Shown here in pieces: positions 34,694 to 35,652 of a stretch of 35,652 nucleotides of DNA. The stretch is from an uncultured archaeon (lineage in GTDB: Archaea; Asgardarchaeota; Heimdallarchaeia; Heimdallarchaeales; Heimdallarchaeaceae). The translations under genes and the position numbers were made by a program. How positions within the stretch are numbered: the stretch's first letter is position 1; each line of letters starts with the position of its first letter. Where the stretch lies: contig CAZJUB010000024.1 of assembly GCA_964549075.1 (NCBI GenBank), positions 1 to 35,652 on the forward strand, written 5' to 3'. The notes beneath the pieces were generated by a model. It ran no database searches. It was given only the letters and a program-made list of their open reading frames with translations, and had not been told where the DNA came from.

Positions 34694-35652
34694 ATGAAAA
34701 ATAAACTTGTACAAGCGAGAGGGAGAATATTGTGTTTAATGTTAATTTTATCAGGAATTATAGCTCTTAATAACAACAATTCTTCTATTACTACTGTTCA
34801 GGCAGCTTCTGGCTCTTTCACTGAAGATTTCACTACTATAAATCATATGGACATAGCGAACACTAATACTTCTGGATGGGGAGGAGGAGAAATAAAGAGT
34901 GGTTGTCAAAAACCAAGTGTTGTAGGAGCTCTTGATACAATTGGTAATGCTTATAGTGTGGATATAAAAGGAGATTATGCGTACATTGCAACCCAAGATA
35001 ATGGTTTACAAGTAGTAAACATTAATGATCCTACTAATCCTATTCTTGTTGGTACTTGTCCAACTTATGATAAGGCTTATGATGTGTTTATCAGTGGTAA
35101 TCTAGCTTATCTTGCTGATTATACAGGAGACATCTCTGGCAATAATTTTCTGGTAATTGATGTAACTAATCCTAGTTCGCCATTTATCCTCTCTGATTGC
35201 GCAACTAGTGATGTAACAAGATCTGTTTATGTAGAAGGAAACTATGCTTATGTTGCAAATGGTCCTAGTGGTTTAACTGTAGTAAATATCACAGATCCTT
35301 ATAATCCTATAAATGAAGGTGTTTTAGATACAGATGGTATTGTTTATGATGTTGTAGTAGAAGGCAATTATGCGTATGTAGCAGATGGAAGTAATGGTCT
35401 AAACATTGTTAATATTACCAATCCTACTCAACCTGAATTAGTAAGTAATTATGTTACTTCTTCGCTAGCTGTTAAAATTAAAATTGAAGGTAATTATGCG
35501 TATGTAGTCGATACAGATGGTCTATTTGTAATTAATATTACCAATCCTACTGTTCCTTCATATGCTGGTTTCTATAATGTTGACGGAGCATCAAGTATAG
35601 CACTAGAAGGTGATTTTGCTTATGTTACAGATATTTCAAATGGTTTAACAAT
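34694..35652 (+). CDS. Second LVIVD-repeat surface protein (tandem paralog), 3'-truncated by the window edge; absent from the ORF track
   Basis: Manual translation MKNKLVQARGRILCLMLILSGIIALNNNNSSITTVQAASGSFTEDFTT...VDIKGDYAYIATQDNGLQVVNINDPTNP... stays open to the window end. Confidence 0.92.
   Translation, partial: MKNKLVQARGRILCLMLILSGIIALNNNNSSITTVQAASGSFTEDFTTINHMDIANTNTSGWGGGEIKSGCQKPSVVGALDTIGNAYSVDIKGDYAYIATQDNGLQVVNINDPTNPILVGTCPTYDKAYDVFISGNLAYLADYTGDISGNNFLVIDVTNPSSPFILSDCATSDVTRSVYVEGNYAYVANGPSGLTVVNITDPYNPINEGVLDTDGIVYDVVVEGNYAYVADGSNGLNIVNITNPTQPELVSNYVTSSLAVKIKIEGNYAYVVDTDGLFVINITNPTVPSYAGFYNVDGASSIALEGDFAYVTDISNGLT

Noticed and set aside
1971-34996. Short ORF-track entries overlapping long genes (1971-2324, 2234-2506, 7800-8654, 10613-10891, 11317-11529, 13875-14120, 15220-15420, 16450-16698, 18176-23787 minus, 23781-24014, 26964-27146, 34751-34996)
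   Set aside because: They are antisense or alternate-frame shadows of well-supported CDSs, with no recognisable motifs.

Overview
AT-rich (roughly 30% GC by eye) prokaryotic window. Archaeal-style TATA boxes, oligo-T terminators, a PEF-CTERM-like tail and the LVIVD/Ig-like surface proteins suggest an archaeon, plausibly Asgard (Heimdallarchaeia-like); this is inference, as no marker gene is present. Left half (1-17.2 kb) is metabolic: a 5'-truncated xanthine dehydrogenase-family Mo subunit, carbamate kinase, a YgeW-like and a non-canonical ATCase-like carbamoyltransferase, a K+-independent H+-pyrophosphatase, creatininase- and hydantoinase-family hydrolases, a TSUP transporter, a SagB-type nitroreductase, an acyltransferase/membrane-protein pair and a Zn-ADH. 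Part of this looks like anaerobic purine/ureide catabolism. Four gene relics missing from the ORF track lie in the 'intergenic' DNA: an internally deleted serine hydrolase, a surface-protein C-terminus, a synonymously recoded copy of the YgeW-like 3' end, and a decayed hppA 3' end. Right half (17.4-35.6 kb) is a cell-surface locus. Two translationally coupled giant membrane-anchored Ca2+-binding proteins come first: ~2056 aa (helical region, hydrophobic beta region, ~26 TSP3-like repeats, integrin-alpha-like TM/tail) and 2637 aa (FG-GAP/VCBS, Asp-box and PQQ-like propellers). Two tandem LVIVD paralogs follow, each preceded by a near-identical 65-86 nt non-coding element. I saw no rRNA, tRNA, CRISPR array, integrase or transposase.
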